64,000 bases of DNA from a bacterium (lineage in GTDB: Bacteria; Zhuqueibacterota; Zhuqueibacteria; Residuimicrobiales; Krinioviventaceae), in contig CAXXMD010000003.1 of assembly GCA_963675755.2 (NCBI GenBank), forward strand, positions 1,664,001 through 1,728,000, in the 5' to 3' direction. Shown piece after piece: positions 19,566-28,424 of the stretch (position 1 is the first letter of the stretch; each line of letters begins with the position of its first letter). Position numbers and translations under genes: made by a program. A model generated the notes under the pieces. The model had not been told where the DNA came from and searched no databases. It saw only the letters and a program-made list of their open reading frames with translations.

Positions 19566-21725
19566 ATGAGATCAGGTATTATATCTATTCTTTTTTTTGC
19601 AATACATCTTTATTCTGCAGGATTGGATTCCTTATCCCCGGTTGAGAATTGGCAGCAGCTTGCTCCGGGTATCTGGAAAGCAGAGATTGGAAATATGGAT
19701 AATGAGTTGCGTTATACCGATCTTGCCGCAGAGCCACCTATGATCAATGCGCTTGAATCCTTTACCCAAACTTTATTTCCATTTAACGATGGAGAGATTG
19801 GCTGTTACTGTTCCGAAGATCAGATGATCATGGTGCGGATTCCAACTGACGCGGAGGAAAATATTTATGGATTTGGATTGCAGCTGGATGGTATCCGTAA
19901 AAATAAAAAAGTGCTTACACTCAATGTAGATCACTGGTCCCGTGGCGGGGGACGTACACATGCACCGGTTCCCTTTTATATTTCGAGTAAAGGGTACGGT
20001 GTGTTTTTCAATACCGCGCGATTTTTAAAAGCTTATGTCAAAGTTGGGAACCGGAAAGATTCACCCAATCTGCCCCCCAGAGTGGACCGGAACCCTGCTC
20101 CCGGTGATGAGCAGCCCGGTCCCTGGCAGGCAGTACCCGAGGCTGATGCCGTAGAGGCCATGGTGCGGGCAGAGGGGTTGGAAGTGATTGTTATTTCCGG
20201 AGCATCTCTGCTGGATGTTGTGCAGCGATACAATCTCTATTGCGGAGGTGGTGCAATGCCGCCTTTATGGGGATTGGGATTCTGGCACCGGGTGCCAGCC
20301 GTTTTTGATGAACAACAGACACGGGACGAGATAGAGCAATTCTATAAGCACGATTTTCCTCTTGATGTAATTGGCTTGGAACCTGGGTGGATGTCCAAAT
20401 CTTATCCTTGTACCTTTGAATGGCAGACCAAACGCTTTCCTGATCCGAAAGCATTTGCATCGGATTTGCTTGAGCAGGGAATTCGACTGAACCTTTGGGA
20501 AAATCCTTACATCTCTCCGGCAAGTCGGATTTATAAGGATATGTATCCACTGTCTGCTTCACATCTGGTATGGTTGGGTCTGGTACCGGATTATACGTTG
20601 AAAGCAGCACGTGACCTTTTGACAAAACAGCATGAGCAGGACCATACAAGTATTGGTATCAGCGGTTACAAGATTGATGAAGTAGATGGTTATGACCGAT
20701 GGCTCTGGCCAGATCACGCACAATTTCCTTCCGGCACTCCGGCGGAAACCATGCGTCAGGCGTATGGTTTGATCATGCAAAACATGATTTATCATGATCT
20801 GTTTAAAAAGCACAATGTCCGTACTTACGGGCTGGTACGCTCGAGCAACGGAGCAGCCTCCGGCTATCCCTTTGTGATATACAGCGACTCTTATAATCAT
20901 GAGCAATATATCACTGGACTTTCTGCAGCCAGTTTGTCGGGTATTTTATGGACACCAGAAGTCCGCAGTGGTGGAGATGCGCGTGACTGGCTTAACCGCA
21001 TTCAGACGGTTTGTTTTTCTCCCATGGTTAACTTGAATGCCTGGGCTTCGGCAAAGAAACCATGGAGTTATGGTGATGTTACAGATGATGTGCGAAATGT
21101 AATCAATCTGCGCATGCAGCTTTTGCCTTATATTTATACCGCTTTCGCGGATTACCATTTCAAAGGTATTCCGCCCATCCGGGCGATGGTGTTGGAGAGC
21201 AGCAGTCCGGCTGGAAATGTGAAACAGATAAAGGGCAAACTGGATGATACCTACGATCCTTATGCCGAGACAAAAGTTGTGGAAAGCACAGACCAGTTCA
21301 TGTTTGGCCCCTCAATCCTGGTGGCTCCGTTTTATACTGCGCATCCGGTTGAGCGGGAGGTGGTCCTGCCGTCGGGAAACTGGTATGATTTTTACTCCGG
21401 AAAGCTTGTCGGGAATGGAGAGACGATTACGGTTAATGCGGACAGCAACCGCGTACCGCTGTTTGTCAAAGAGGGAGCGGTTATTCCCATGCTGACAGAA
21501 CCGGTGAACAATACCCGTAAAGCATATGGTCACCCGCTCCAGGTACGGATTTATGGCTCGGATTCCGGAGTTTTTGATCTCTATGAAGACGACGGGAACA
21601 GTTTTGATTATCAGCAGGGAAAATACCGAATCCGGCGCATTCGTGTGGAAAAGAGCAACGTCACGGAAGAAGTAATATGGGATAATTCTCCTGCGATGTT
21701 TGGGCCGGTGGTTAGTGTCTGGTAG
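19566..21725 (+). CDS. Glycoside hydrolase family 31 (secreted)
   Basis: HAPVPFYISSKGYG, PPLWGLGFW, YKIDEVDG nucleophile region, LRMQLLPYIY, DQFMFGPSILVAP, LYEDDG. Confidence 0.88.
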   Translation: MRSGIISILFFAIHLYSAGLDSLSPVENWQQLAPGIWKAEIGNMDNELRYTDLAAEPPMINALESFTQTLFPFNDGEIGCYCSEDQMIMVRIPTDAEENIYGFGLQLDGIRKNKKVLTLNVDHWSRGGGRTHAPVPFYISSKGYGVFFNTARFLKAYVKVGNRKDSPNLPPRVDRNPAPGDEQPGPWQAVPEADAVEAMVRAEGLEVIVISGASLLDVVQRYNLYCGGGAMPPLWGLGFWHRVPAVFDEQQTRDEIEQFYKHDFPLDVIGLEPGWMSKSYPCTFEWQTKRFPDPKAFASDLLEQGIRLNLWENPYISPASRIYKDMYPLSASHLVWLGLVPDYTLKAARDLLTKQHEQDHTSIGISGYKIDEVDGYDRWLWPDHAQFPSGTPAETMRQAYGLIMQNMIYHDLFKKHNVRTYGLVRSSNGAASGYPFVIYSDSYNHEQYITGLSAASLSGILWTPEVRSGGDARDWLNRIQTVCFSPMVNLNAWASAKKPWSYGDVTDDVRNVINLRMQLLPYIYTAFADYHFKGIPPIRAMVLESSSPAGNVKQIKGKLDDTYDPYAETKVVESTDQFMFGPSILVAPFYTAHPVEREVVLPSGNWYDFYSGKLVGNGETITVNADSNRVPLFVKEGAVIPMLTEPVNNTRKAYGHPLQVRIYGSDSGVFDLYEDDGNSFDYQQGKYRIRRIRVEKSNVTEEVIWDNSPAMFGPVVSVW

Positions 21726-21747
21726 TTATTTTTTAAGAGGAGAATTA

Positions 21748-21772
21748 GTAGGGATGGGTCTTTGACCCATCC
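21748..21772 (+). repeat. GTAG-tagged palindrome (REP-like) between convergent genes
   Basis: GTAG-ggatgggtc-ttt-gacccatcc; single copy in this window. Confidence 0.4.
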
Positions 21773-21933
21773 TAACAATCAGATGTGTTAATGAAACATT
21801 GCAAAAAGAGTACTGTTTTGCGGGATTAAAATACAAAATGTACTTTTACTTTAATACAAGGCTTAAAGTAAAACAAGAGACTAACAGCATATTAGCAAAT
21901 CCGGAAACAGAGTCATTTCTGTAAAAAAAAGTA

Positions 21934-22980
21934 TTATAACGTTGACATTTCCTGATTATCAAAATTTTTTCTATAATAGGTCATATAATCCACTTTTCGT
22001 TCCAGTGCTTGAATCGTTGCATGAGAAAAATTCACGTTTTCAAATTTTTGTGCACTTCCCAGTCCACCAGGACTGAAAACGTTAATTTCCATTAATTTAT
22101 CTCCAACAATATCCAGACCAACCATAAACATTCCATCCTGAACCAGTTTAGGGCGAACAATTTCTGCCAGTTTAAAGTGTTCGTCTGTAAGTTCTGCCTT
22201 TCTCAATTTTCCACCGGCGTGAATATTACTTCGAATATCATCACCTGTTCGAACTCGTCTGAAAGCAGCGTATTTGCCTTTATAGCGAAACGGAACACCA
22301 TTCATCAAAAACAATCTTGTATCACCATCGACAGCTGCTGGCAAATATTCCTGTGCAATGACATAACCATCGCGGGTAACAGCATCAACCATTTGGTTAA
22401 GATTGCCAAGATCGTCTTTACGTACAATAAATACATTTGCACCACCGGAACCTTGTAATGGTTTTAAGACAATACTTCCACCAAGATCTTTAGCAAAGCT
22501 TTTTATTTCAGACCGATCACGTGTAATTAATGTTTTTGGACGAACTTCTTCAGGGAAAAGTTGAAAATACATTTTATTCATAGCTTTTGCAAGACCATTA
22601 GGATCATTTAAAACAATTACTCCATGGCGCATAGCAGCACGACCAAAAATAATTCCAGATTGCTGTGCCCATGAGCGCATGCCTGTGTCTGTTGAAGGAT
22701 CACTGCGCAGCATTAAAACATCCAAATCATCAACTGTAATTCGCTCTGTTCTGGCTTCTTTACCTTGTAAATGCCGGAGATATGTTTCAGACGATTTATA
22801 TTGTGATTTAGGTGTTGAGCGTGCCCTGGCATGGATCTTTTCATCTATATCGTACGCAAAGTCACCAGCACCAATCACCCATGCTTCATGGCCTCTGTTA
22901 ATAGCAGCCATAGCTAAACGGGTTGTAGTATAGCCGGGTTCTTCTGTTTTGATATCATTTACAACAAAACCAATTCTCAT
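21934..22980 (-). CDS. Glutathione synthetase-like ATP-grasp ligase
   Basis: LDVLMLRSDP, VLKPLQGSGG, QEYLP..GDTR, IRSNIHAGG, GLDIVGDKLMEINVFSPGG. Confidence 0.88.
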   Translation of the reverse strand: MRIGFVVNDIKTEEPGYTTTRLAMAAINRGHEAWVIGAGDFAYDIDEKIHARARSTPKSQYKSSETYLRHLQGKEARTERITVDDLDVLMLRSDPSTDTGMRSWAQQSGIIFGRAAMRHGVIVLNDPNGLAKAMNKMYFQLFPEEVRPKTLITRDRSEIKSFAKDLGGSIVLKPLQGSGGANVFIVRKDDLGNLNQMVDAVTRDGYVIAQEYLPAAVDGDTRLFLMNGVPFRYKGKYAAFRRVRTGDDIRSNIHAGGKLRKAELTDEHFKLAEIVRPKLVQDGMFMVGLDIVGDKLMEINVFSPGGLGSAQKFENVNFSHATIQALERKVDYMTYYRKNFDNQEMSTL

Positions 22981-22985
22981 TCTAT

Positions 22986-24917
22986 TTATCCTCCAATTAA
23001 ATTTATGACCAACATTCCATCTTTTAATTTTTTTAATTTTTCTTTTGCCAGATCGTTTTCGAGATAGCGCGGCCGAAGAGGAATAGGATGTAATACTTTA
23101 CGTAATTGTAATTCTTTAATAATTTCAACGTGTTCAAGGCCAATTTTGCCAACAAATAATGGATCTAGCTCTTTATGTTTTTTTAAATAGTTTAATAATT
23201 TTACCAATCCCCTCAAGTATACAATATCCTTTGTCAGTCCTCCAGCGCGATAAATTCGAGTTGTGATAATAAATGAAGTTCGTTGTGTAAATCCATAGTC
23301 ATGATTTAGAATTCGAAAGGTATCAATGAATGTAGCATTGTTTATCATATGATATGCGGCTATAACTCTACCGGCGAGAATTCTAAATCGCATTTTATTT
23401 AAGCCTCCGGCAAAATATTCCGCCAGTACTGCAATGCCTTCCTGTAACTCTTCATATCCTGTTAGACCGCAATATAATAATTTAAAAGGTTGTGAACGGC
23501 CATTAAAATATGTTAAAATATGAGTTCCAATTTCATGCTGTAAAAGGGCATTACAACGTGTTACTGGAATTGCAACTTTTGGGCTTATCAGTAAGTTGCC
23601 ACGCGACACCATTAATCCAACGGTATCATTGCGTATTTGAACTGTAGAAGTTATTTGAGAATTAAATTGACGATAATATTCAATCTCCTGTTTTGCATAT
23701 TCTGCAAATTTAGTTGCATTCAGAAAACCATCAGCGGATTTCTCGTGACTATGAGGCGGGATAGCATGTAACAAATCTTCGGCTAATTGTAATAGGTCTT
23801 CATCAACTACACCATAAAGTTGAAGACTGCCATAAAAAAAAGATTTGCTGTCGCGATCTGTTAACATAGACAAATGTCTATCAATTTCTCTTCGTTTTTC
23901 ATAAAATATGTTAGCCAGTGTAGGGTCTTCTATTCGTCCAATTTGAATATCATGTAGTTTGTATTTTAACCGAGAGGGATCTATAGATCTGGGTCGGTAA
24001 TAAAATACTGGAGATTTATTGAATCGGTTTTTTTGAAACGCCCTAAATGCAGCTTCAGTATTTACCGGTGTTGAAAGTAAAAGAAAATCATAAAGACTGC
24101 TAATTTCTGCAAGTTTTGTATCAACGTCCCAAACCGCCTTAACAACCGCTCGCCTACCAAGTGATTGGTAATGATAGGGACGCATATTGGTTTGATTGAA
24201 GGAGAATTCAAACAGTGCTTTTTTTAAAGCCCGGGAAACACCCTGGTGTAATTTTCTGAGAATTAAAGGGTAAACTTGTCCGGTTTCGGGATTACGAAAA
24301 ACTGGTTTTACCTCTAATCCAAAAATAAAACAGTCAAGCTTTCTGGCAGTAAATTCGGATATTATATTATTAAATCCTCTCGGTTCATATTTTTTATCAT
24401 AAACGATTTCTACTGATGCGGGCTGTCTGTTAATTTGAATTCTTTTTAATGCTTCTTCAAAAACTTCAATTGATCGGGTTGGTGGATGATCTGGTGAGGT
24501 AATAATGCGAAAAAAAGGTTTAAAAAAATCCGGATTGTCTGTTGTTATTGTCTGCTCATCCGGATTTGTCCAGATTTCAATAATTAAAAATCCGTTGCAT
24601 TTTTTGGAAAGGGTTTCTACAATTGTTTTAACAAGTTTTATAAGAGTTAACTTGTATTTTGGCCGTCCTGGGGCAATCAAATATGAAGCCTCGCCCTTTA
24701 CAAGTACGTCCGTTCCAGTATCCGTTTTATTGACGGGTCTTCGATATACTATTAAAAAGGGCAATGTACGATCAATATGCAAACGACCATTCATTGGCAA
24801 AGTACGTCTGACAATTTTTCCCTGGTCTAGGCGACTCCTGATCGATTCTATAAAATAAGAAGAAATGTTGTTATCTATGGGCTTTTTGCTCTTTATTGAT
24901 TTTATTCCTTTTTTCAT
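22986..24917 (-). CDS. QEGLA-motif / DUF1704 zinc metallopeptidase (MATCAP-like)
   Basis: HEIGTH (HExxxH), LQEGIAVLAEY, RIYRAGGLTKDIVYLRG. Confidence 0.88.
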   Translation of the reverse strand: MKKGIKSIKSKKPIDNNISSYFIESIRSRLDQGKIVRRTLPMNGRLHIDRTLPFLIVYRRPVNKTDTGTDVLVKGEASYLIAPGRPKYKLTLIKLVKTIVETLSKKCNGFLIIEIWTNPDEQTITTDNPDFFKPFFRIITSPDHPPTRSIEVFEEALKRIQINRQPASVEIVYDKKYEPRGFNNIISEFTARKLDCFIFGLEVKPVFRNPETGQVYPLILRKLHQGVSRALKKALFEFSFNQTNMRPYHYQSLGRRAVVKAVWDVDTKLAEISSLYDFLLLSTPVNTEAAFRAFQKNRFNKSPVFYYRPRSIDPSRLKYKLHDIQIGRIEDPTLANIFYEKRREIDRHLSMLTDRDSKSFFYGSLQLYGVVDEDLLQLAEDLLHAIPPHSHEKSADGFLNATKFAEYAKQEIEYYRQFNSQITSTVQIRNDTVGLMVSRGNLLISPKVAIPVTRCNALLQHEIGTHILTYFNGRSQPFKLLYCGLTGYEELQEGIAVLAEYFAGGLNKMRFRILAGRVIAAYHMINNATFIDTFRILNHDYGFTQRTSFIITTRIYRAGGLTKDIVYLRGLVKLLNYLKKHKELDPLFVGKIGLEHVEIIKELQLRKVLHPIPLRPRYLENDLAKEKLKKLKDGMLVINLIGG

Positions 24918-24929
24918 CTGGCATATACC

Positions 24930-25718
24930 TTAAAAAGATAATTCTGTCAGAATATCAATCACTCCCGTAACTGTAGATTCAAGAGCATTTCGTATTGTTT
25001 TCAATTGTATATTATCAATTTCGCCTGTCCACTCGTTCATAAAGAATTTTTTAAATTCAATAGACAATACACAAGCCGAATCAGGAAAGTTTTCATGACT
25101 CCAGCGAGCGAAATGCCCCCCCTTAAATTTTATATTCTCACGCACATCAAGATTTCTTCCTAAATAATCATATGATTTTAAATCATAAATAAATCGGTCA
25201 ATGATTGATGACCATTTTTTACGCTCCATAGTACCTGTCCCAATATTTACTTCTGGATTATATGCAGGATCAGCGGCAGATTTATCCATTCCATCTCTAT
25301 AATGATTATAGGAGTGGAGATCATACACAACAAATTTTTTATATCGGTGCTGCATTTCGTTGAAAAGATGAAAAATTGTTTTGTAAAAGTCATCATAGAT
25401 CCGCAGTGATTTATTTATTTGATCTTGGGAAGGTTTTTCTCCCCAGACGTTTAATCCCCAGGAATCCTCGGGCTCCAGATATACAGCCTTATGACGAGGA
25501 CGATTTAAATCAAGCTCAAAACGGGAATGTGATGCGATTATTTGTGTTTCAGCAATTTTTGTAAAAAAAGATGTGTAAGGATCTTCTTCCCGCTGACGAT
25601 CTTTCTCATTCAATACCATCAACTCAACAAGTTCTTTTCGAATATCATGTCCGTCATGAATTGCAGCAGCAACAAACGGTTTGCTTCCCACGGTTATGTT
25701 CCAATAAGCAGTATTAAT
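24930..25718 (-). CDS. N-formylglutamate amidohydrolase family protein
   Basis: AAAIHDGH, REEDPYT, SRFELDLNRP, YDLHSYNH, ENIKFKGG, SIEFKKFFM; start GTG 25691 or more likely ATT 25718 (AGGAGG 6 nt upstream). Confidence 0.85.
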   Translation of the reverse strand: MNTAYWNITVGSKPFVAAAIHDGHDIRKELVELMVLNEKDRQREEDPYTSFFTKIAETQIIASHSRFELDLNRPRHKAVYLEPEDSWGLNVWGEKPSQDQINKSLRIYDDFYKTIFHLFNEMQHRYKKFVVYDLHSYNHYRDGMDKSAADPAYNPEVNIGTGTMERKKWSSIIDRFIYDLKSYDYLGRNLDVRENIKFKGGHFARWSHENFPDSACVLSIEFKKFFMNEWTGEIDNIQLKTIRNALESTVTGVIDILTELSF

Positions 25719-26040
25719 TAGTTACCTCCTAATTCCAAAACGAAAACATAAAGTCCCCCATTACTACAATTTTCCAGGAACGTGAAAAATTTTCAAGAAA
25801 AAGTGTAATAAATAGTATTTGAAAAGCAGACCTGACTCATCTTTCAGCCTCATAAAAACTGGCAATACTATATAAATTATTTAAGGATTTATTTTTCGAC
25901 AAGAGATTTTTTGAAAGCATGCATATCTGAAAAAAATCTATACCGTTTTTCTTTAGAATAACAACACTGTTGAAGCAATTATTCAACAAAACATAATATT
26001 CAAGATAACATTTCTAATACTACCAGGATTTAATTAACAA

Positions 26041-28206
26041 TCAGACCAGTGCGTTTTCCTGTCCCGAGTCTTTGACGAAAATACAGGAGGAGCGGGTGGT
26101 CTCTTCGATCTGCCTGATAAATTCAAAAGATTTTGTGTTTTCTGCCAGTCCGAATATATTGATGTCTCCACGGGGAGCGGTTTTCAGGGCTTCGGAGAAC
26201 GGACCGGGCAGCACATAAAAATCGGTCAGTGAAGGCAGGCGCACCTGATCATTCAGGTTTTGCAGAAATTCCTGTAATCGTTTTTCTTCTTTTGGGTTTT
26301 CCGTAACGGTGATCAGATTGATCTTTCCTTCCCAGTTCATTTGTAATTGCAGTGTAATGAGCATTGCCAGGTGCCAGTTTGGACTTTTGTCCCGCAGCCA
26401 GAGATTGATGGTCTGCTGCATACCAAACGCCGTACGCGGATGTTGTCTCAAAATCACCACGCCCAGTATATATTTTTCAGCCTGATTGACCAGTTGTTCA
26501 ATGATATTGTCTTTACGATTGTCATCCCCAATGGTTAAAAACAGAATGTTGGGCCGGAAGGAACTGCCCTTTAAGGTCTGAATAACCAGTTTAGCACCAT
26601 GAATAAAATCATTGTCCTCAAGTACTACCGAGTTTACGAGAACGCCCTGATCCTCTATGGGTGCGAGTAGTTCTTTTAAAGCGGATTGTGATTGTTCGGT
26701 ATTGTTGTCTTTGACGCTGAAAGCAAAGATACTGCCTGAAGGATAAATAATATTCCGGATGAACAATAGAGAGCCAGACCACAATTCCGGATTTTCAAGG
26801 GGTAGCAGAAAATCGGGTTTCCAGGTAATCTGGTGTCTCGGGTATTTAGCAGACAATCGGGATGCCCGTTCAGCCAGTACCAGAAACATACCACCGCGAA
26901 TATCGCCCCAGTCTGCTTTGAGTTCGATTTTGGTCAGCCATACATACAGTGCAACGATGGTAATAATTGCAATAAAGCTAAAGACAGGGTCTATCAGAAA
27001 CATGATAACCACACAGCTTATACCCCCGAAAAAGGATACAAAGCGAGGTATTTTAAATGTAGGCCGAAAGCTGATGATTTTCATACTCTGTTCAATAAAG
27101 ACCACCAGGTTAATCATGCCATAGGTGATGAGAAAAAACATGGTAATGAGAGATGCTAAAAAGTCCAGGTTACCAAAGATCAAGGCTGTTTCTATCATGA
27201 TACCGGTAAAAATGATTGCATTACGGGGTTCGTTGGTTTTGGATTTAACGGCAAAAAACGAATGAAATGGCAGTGTTTTTTGTTCTGCAAGGGCCTGCAT
27301 AACCCGCGGGGCGCCAATCATGCTGCCCAGAGCTGAAGATAAAGTGGCTCCCATAATACCGGCTATAACCAAGGGACCCCAAAAGGCCTTTTCTACCATA
27401 ATCATTTGATTGCCGCGCAATTCATCTACAGTAGCAATTCTGCTTAAAACATAGGCAATACCAATATAGACCACCATGGTAACCAGGATAGAGCTGATAG
27501 TACCGAGGGGGATTGATCTTCGGGGTTGTTCAAGATCACCGGACATGTTTGCGCCGGCCATAATACCTGTAACAGCCGGAAAGAATATAGCAAACACCTG
27601 CCAGAAACTGGCATCTTTGAAACTGCCAATAAGAACGGTGCTGGATACCGGTGCCGCGGGAGTAGCGAAAAATGATAATAGCGAAAGACCCATAATCAGC
27701 ATGATCAGGTATTGCACCCGGATTGCGAAATGCGCGCTGATGTACGAGATTGTGATCAGGCACATCCAGGCCAGACTGGAGATTAAAACAGGGGGATGTG
27801 TAGGAAAGATCAGGAGCCAGGCTTCTGTGAAACCGATAATATACAATGCCGCGGATAAGGTCTGTGCGATATACAGGGGAATGCCAATACTGCCGCCGGC
27901 TTCAAGACCCAATGATTTTGAAATTATGGAATACGCACCGCCTGCACCAATTTTGATGTTGGTGGTGATAGACGCCATAGAGAGTCCCGTACAGATTGTT
28001 ACGGTTTTGGCAAGAAGGATAATAACAACCGCTCCCATAAATCCTGCGTTACCTACAACCCATCCCAGGCGCAGGTACATAATAACGCCAAGGATTGTCA
28101 ACACATCGGGAGTGAAAACACCGCTAAAGGTGCCAAATTTTTTCACATGGGTGGTGGTATCAACCGTTTTGTTTTTTCTCATCAAATCGGACAACTGTGC
28201 AGGCAT
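26041..28206 (-). CDS. APC-superfamily permease, cation-chloride cotransporter (SLC12)-like
   Basis: FGTFSGVFTP..ILGVIMYLRLGWVVG, GGAYSIISKSLG, FAIFFPAVTGIMAGANMSGDL, cytoplasmic C-terminal domain. Confidence 0.88.
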   Translation of the reverse strand: MPAQLSDLMRKNKTVDTTTHVKKFGTFSGVFTPDVLTILGVIMYLRLGWVVGNAGFMGAVVIILLAKTVTICTGLSMASITTNIKIGAGGAYSIISKSLGLEAGGSIGIPLYIAQTLSAALYIIGFTEAWLLIFPTHPPVLISSLAWMCLITISYISAHFAIRVQYLIMLIMGLSLLSFFATPAAPVSSTVLIGSFKDASFWQVFAIFFPAVTGIMAGANMSGDLEQPRRSIPLGTISSILVTMVVYIGIAYVLSRIATVDELRGNQMIMVEKAFWGPLVIAGIMGATLSSALGSMIGAPRVMQALAEQKTLPFHSFFAVKSKTNEPRNAIIFTGIMIETALIFGNLDFLASLITMFFLITYGMINLVVFIEQSMKIISFRPTFKIPRFVSFFGGISCVVIMFLIDPVFSFIAIITIVALYVWLTKIELKADWGDIRGGMFLVLAERASRLSAKYPRHQITWKPDFLLPLENPELWSGSLLFIRNIIYPSGSIFAFSVKDNNTEQSQSALKELLAPIEDQGVLVNSVVLEDNDFIHGAKLVIQTLKGSSFRPNILFLTIGDDNRKDNIIEQLVNQAEKYILGVVILRQHPRTAFGMQQTINLWLRDKSPNWHLAMLITLQLQMNWEGKINLITVTENPKEEKRLQEFLQNLNDQVRLPSLTDFYVLPGPFSEALKTAPRGDINIFGLAENTKSFEFIRQIEETTRSSCIFVKDSGQENALV

Positions 28207-28350
28207 GTATTGTTTCCTTTTCTAAACGTTCAAAAAGGGTGGATGTAATTTAAAATAGAATTGATAATTTAAAATAGGGGATTCATAATTATTGTACAAC
28301 AAGAAAATACAAAATCTTTCAACAATCAATAAAGCCCTACCTTAAAACCC

Positions 28351-28379
28351 TTGATTTTGCCCCACAATCAACGTATATT
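28351..28379 (+). promoter_or_regulatory. Sigma70-type promoter of tex operon
   Basis: TTGATT-N17-TATATT. Confidence 0.6.
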
Positions 28380-28424
28380 TACAGCCGCAATTCTATGTAA
28401 ACTGATTTACCGGAGGAAACACCC

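Noticed and set aside
21800-21850. Imperfect palindromes around gtact
   Set aside because: Between convergent genes in AT-rich DNA; not distinguishable from chance.
21934-22980. Assigning gene symbol gshB
   Set aside because: Context (QEGLA and amidohydrolase, no gshA in window) makes true glutathione synthesis unproven.
27476-28225. 249-aa ORF on + strand
   Set aside because: Antisense shadow of the permease; no motif or RBS.
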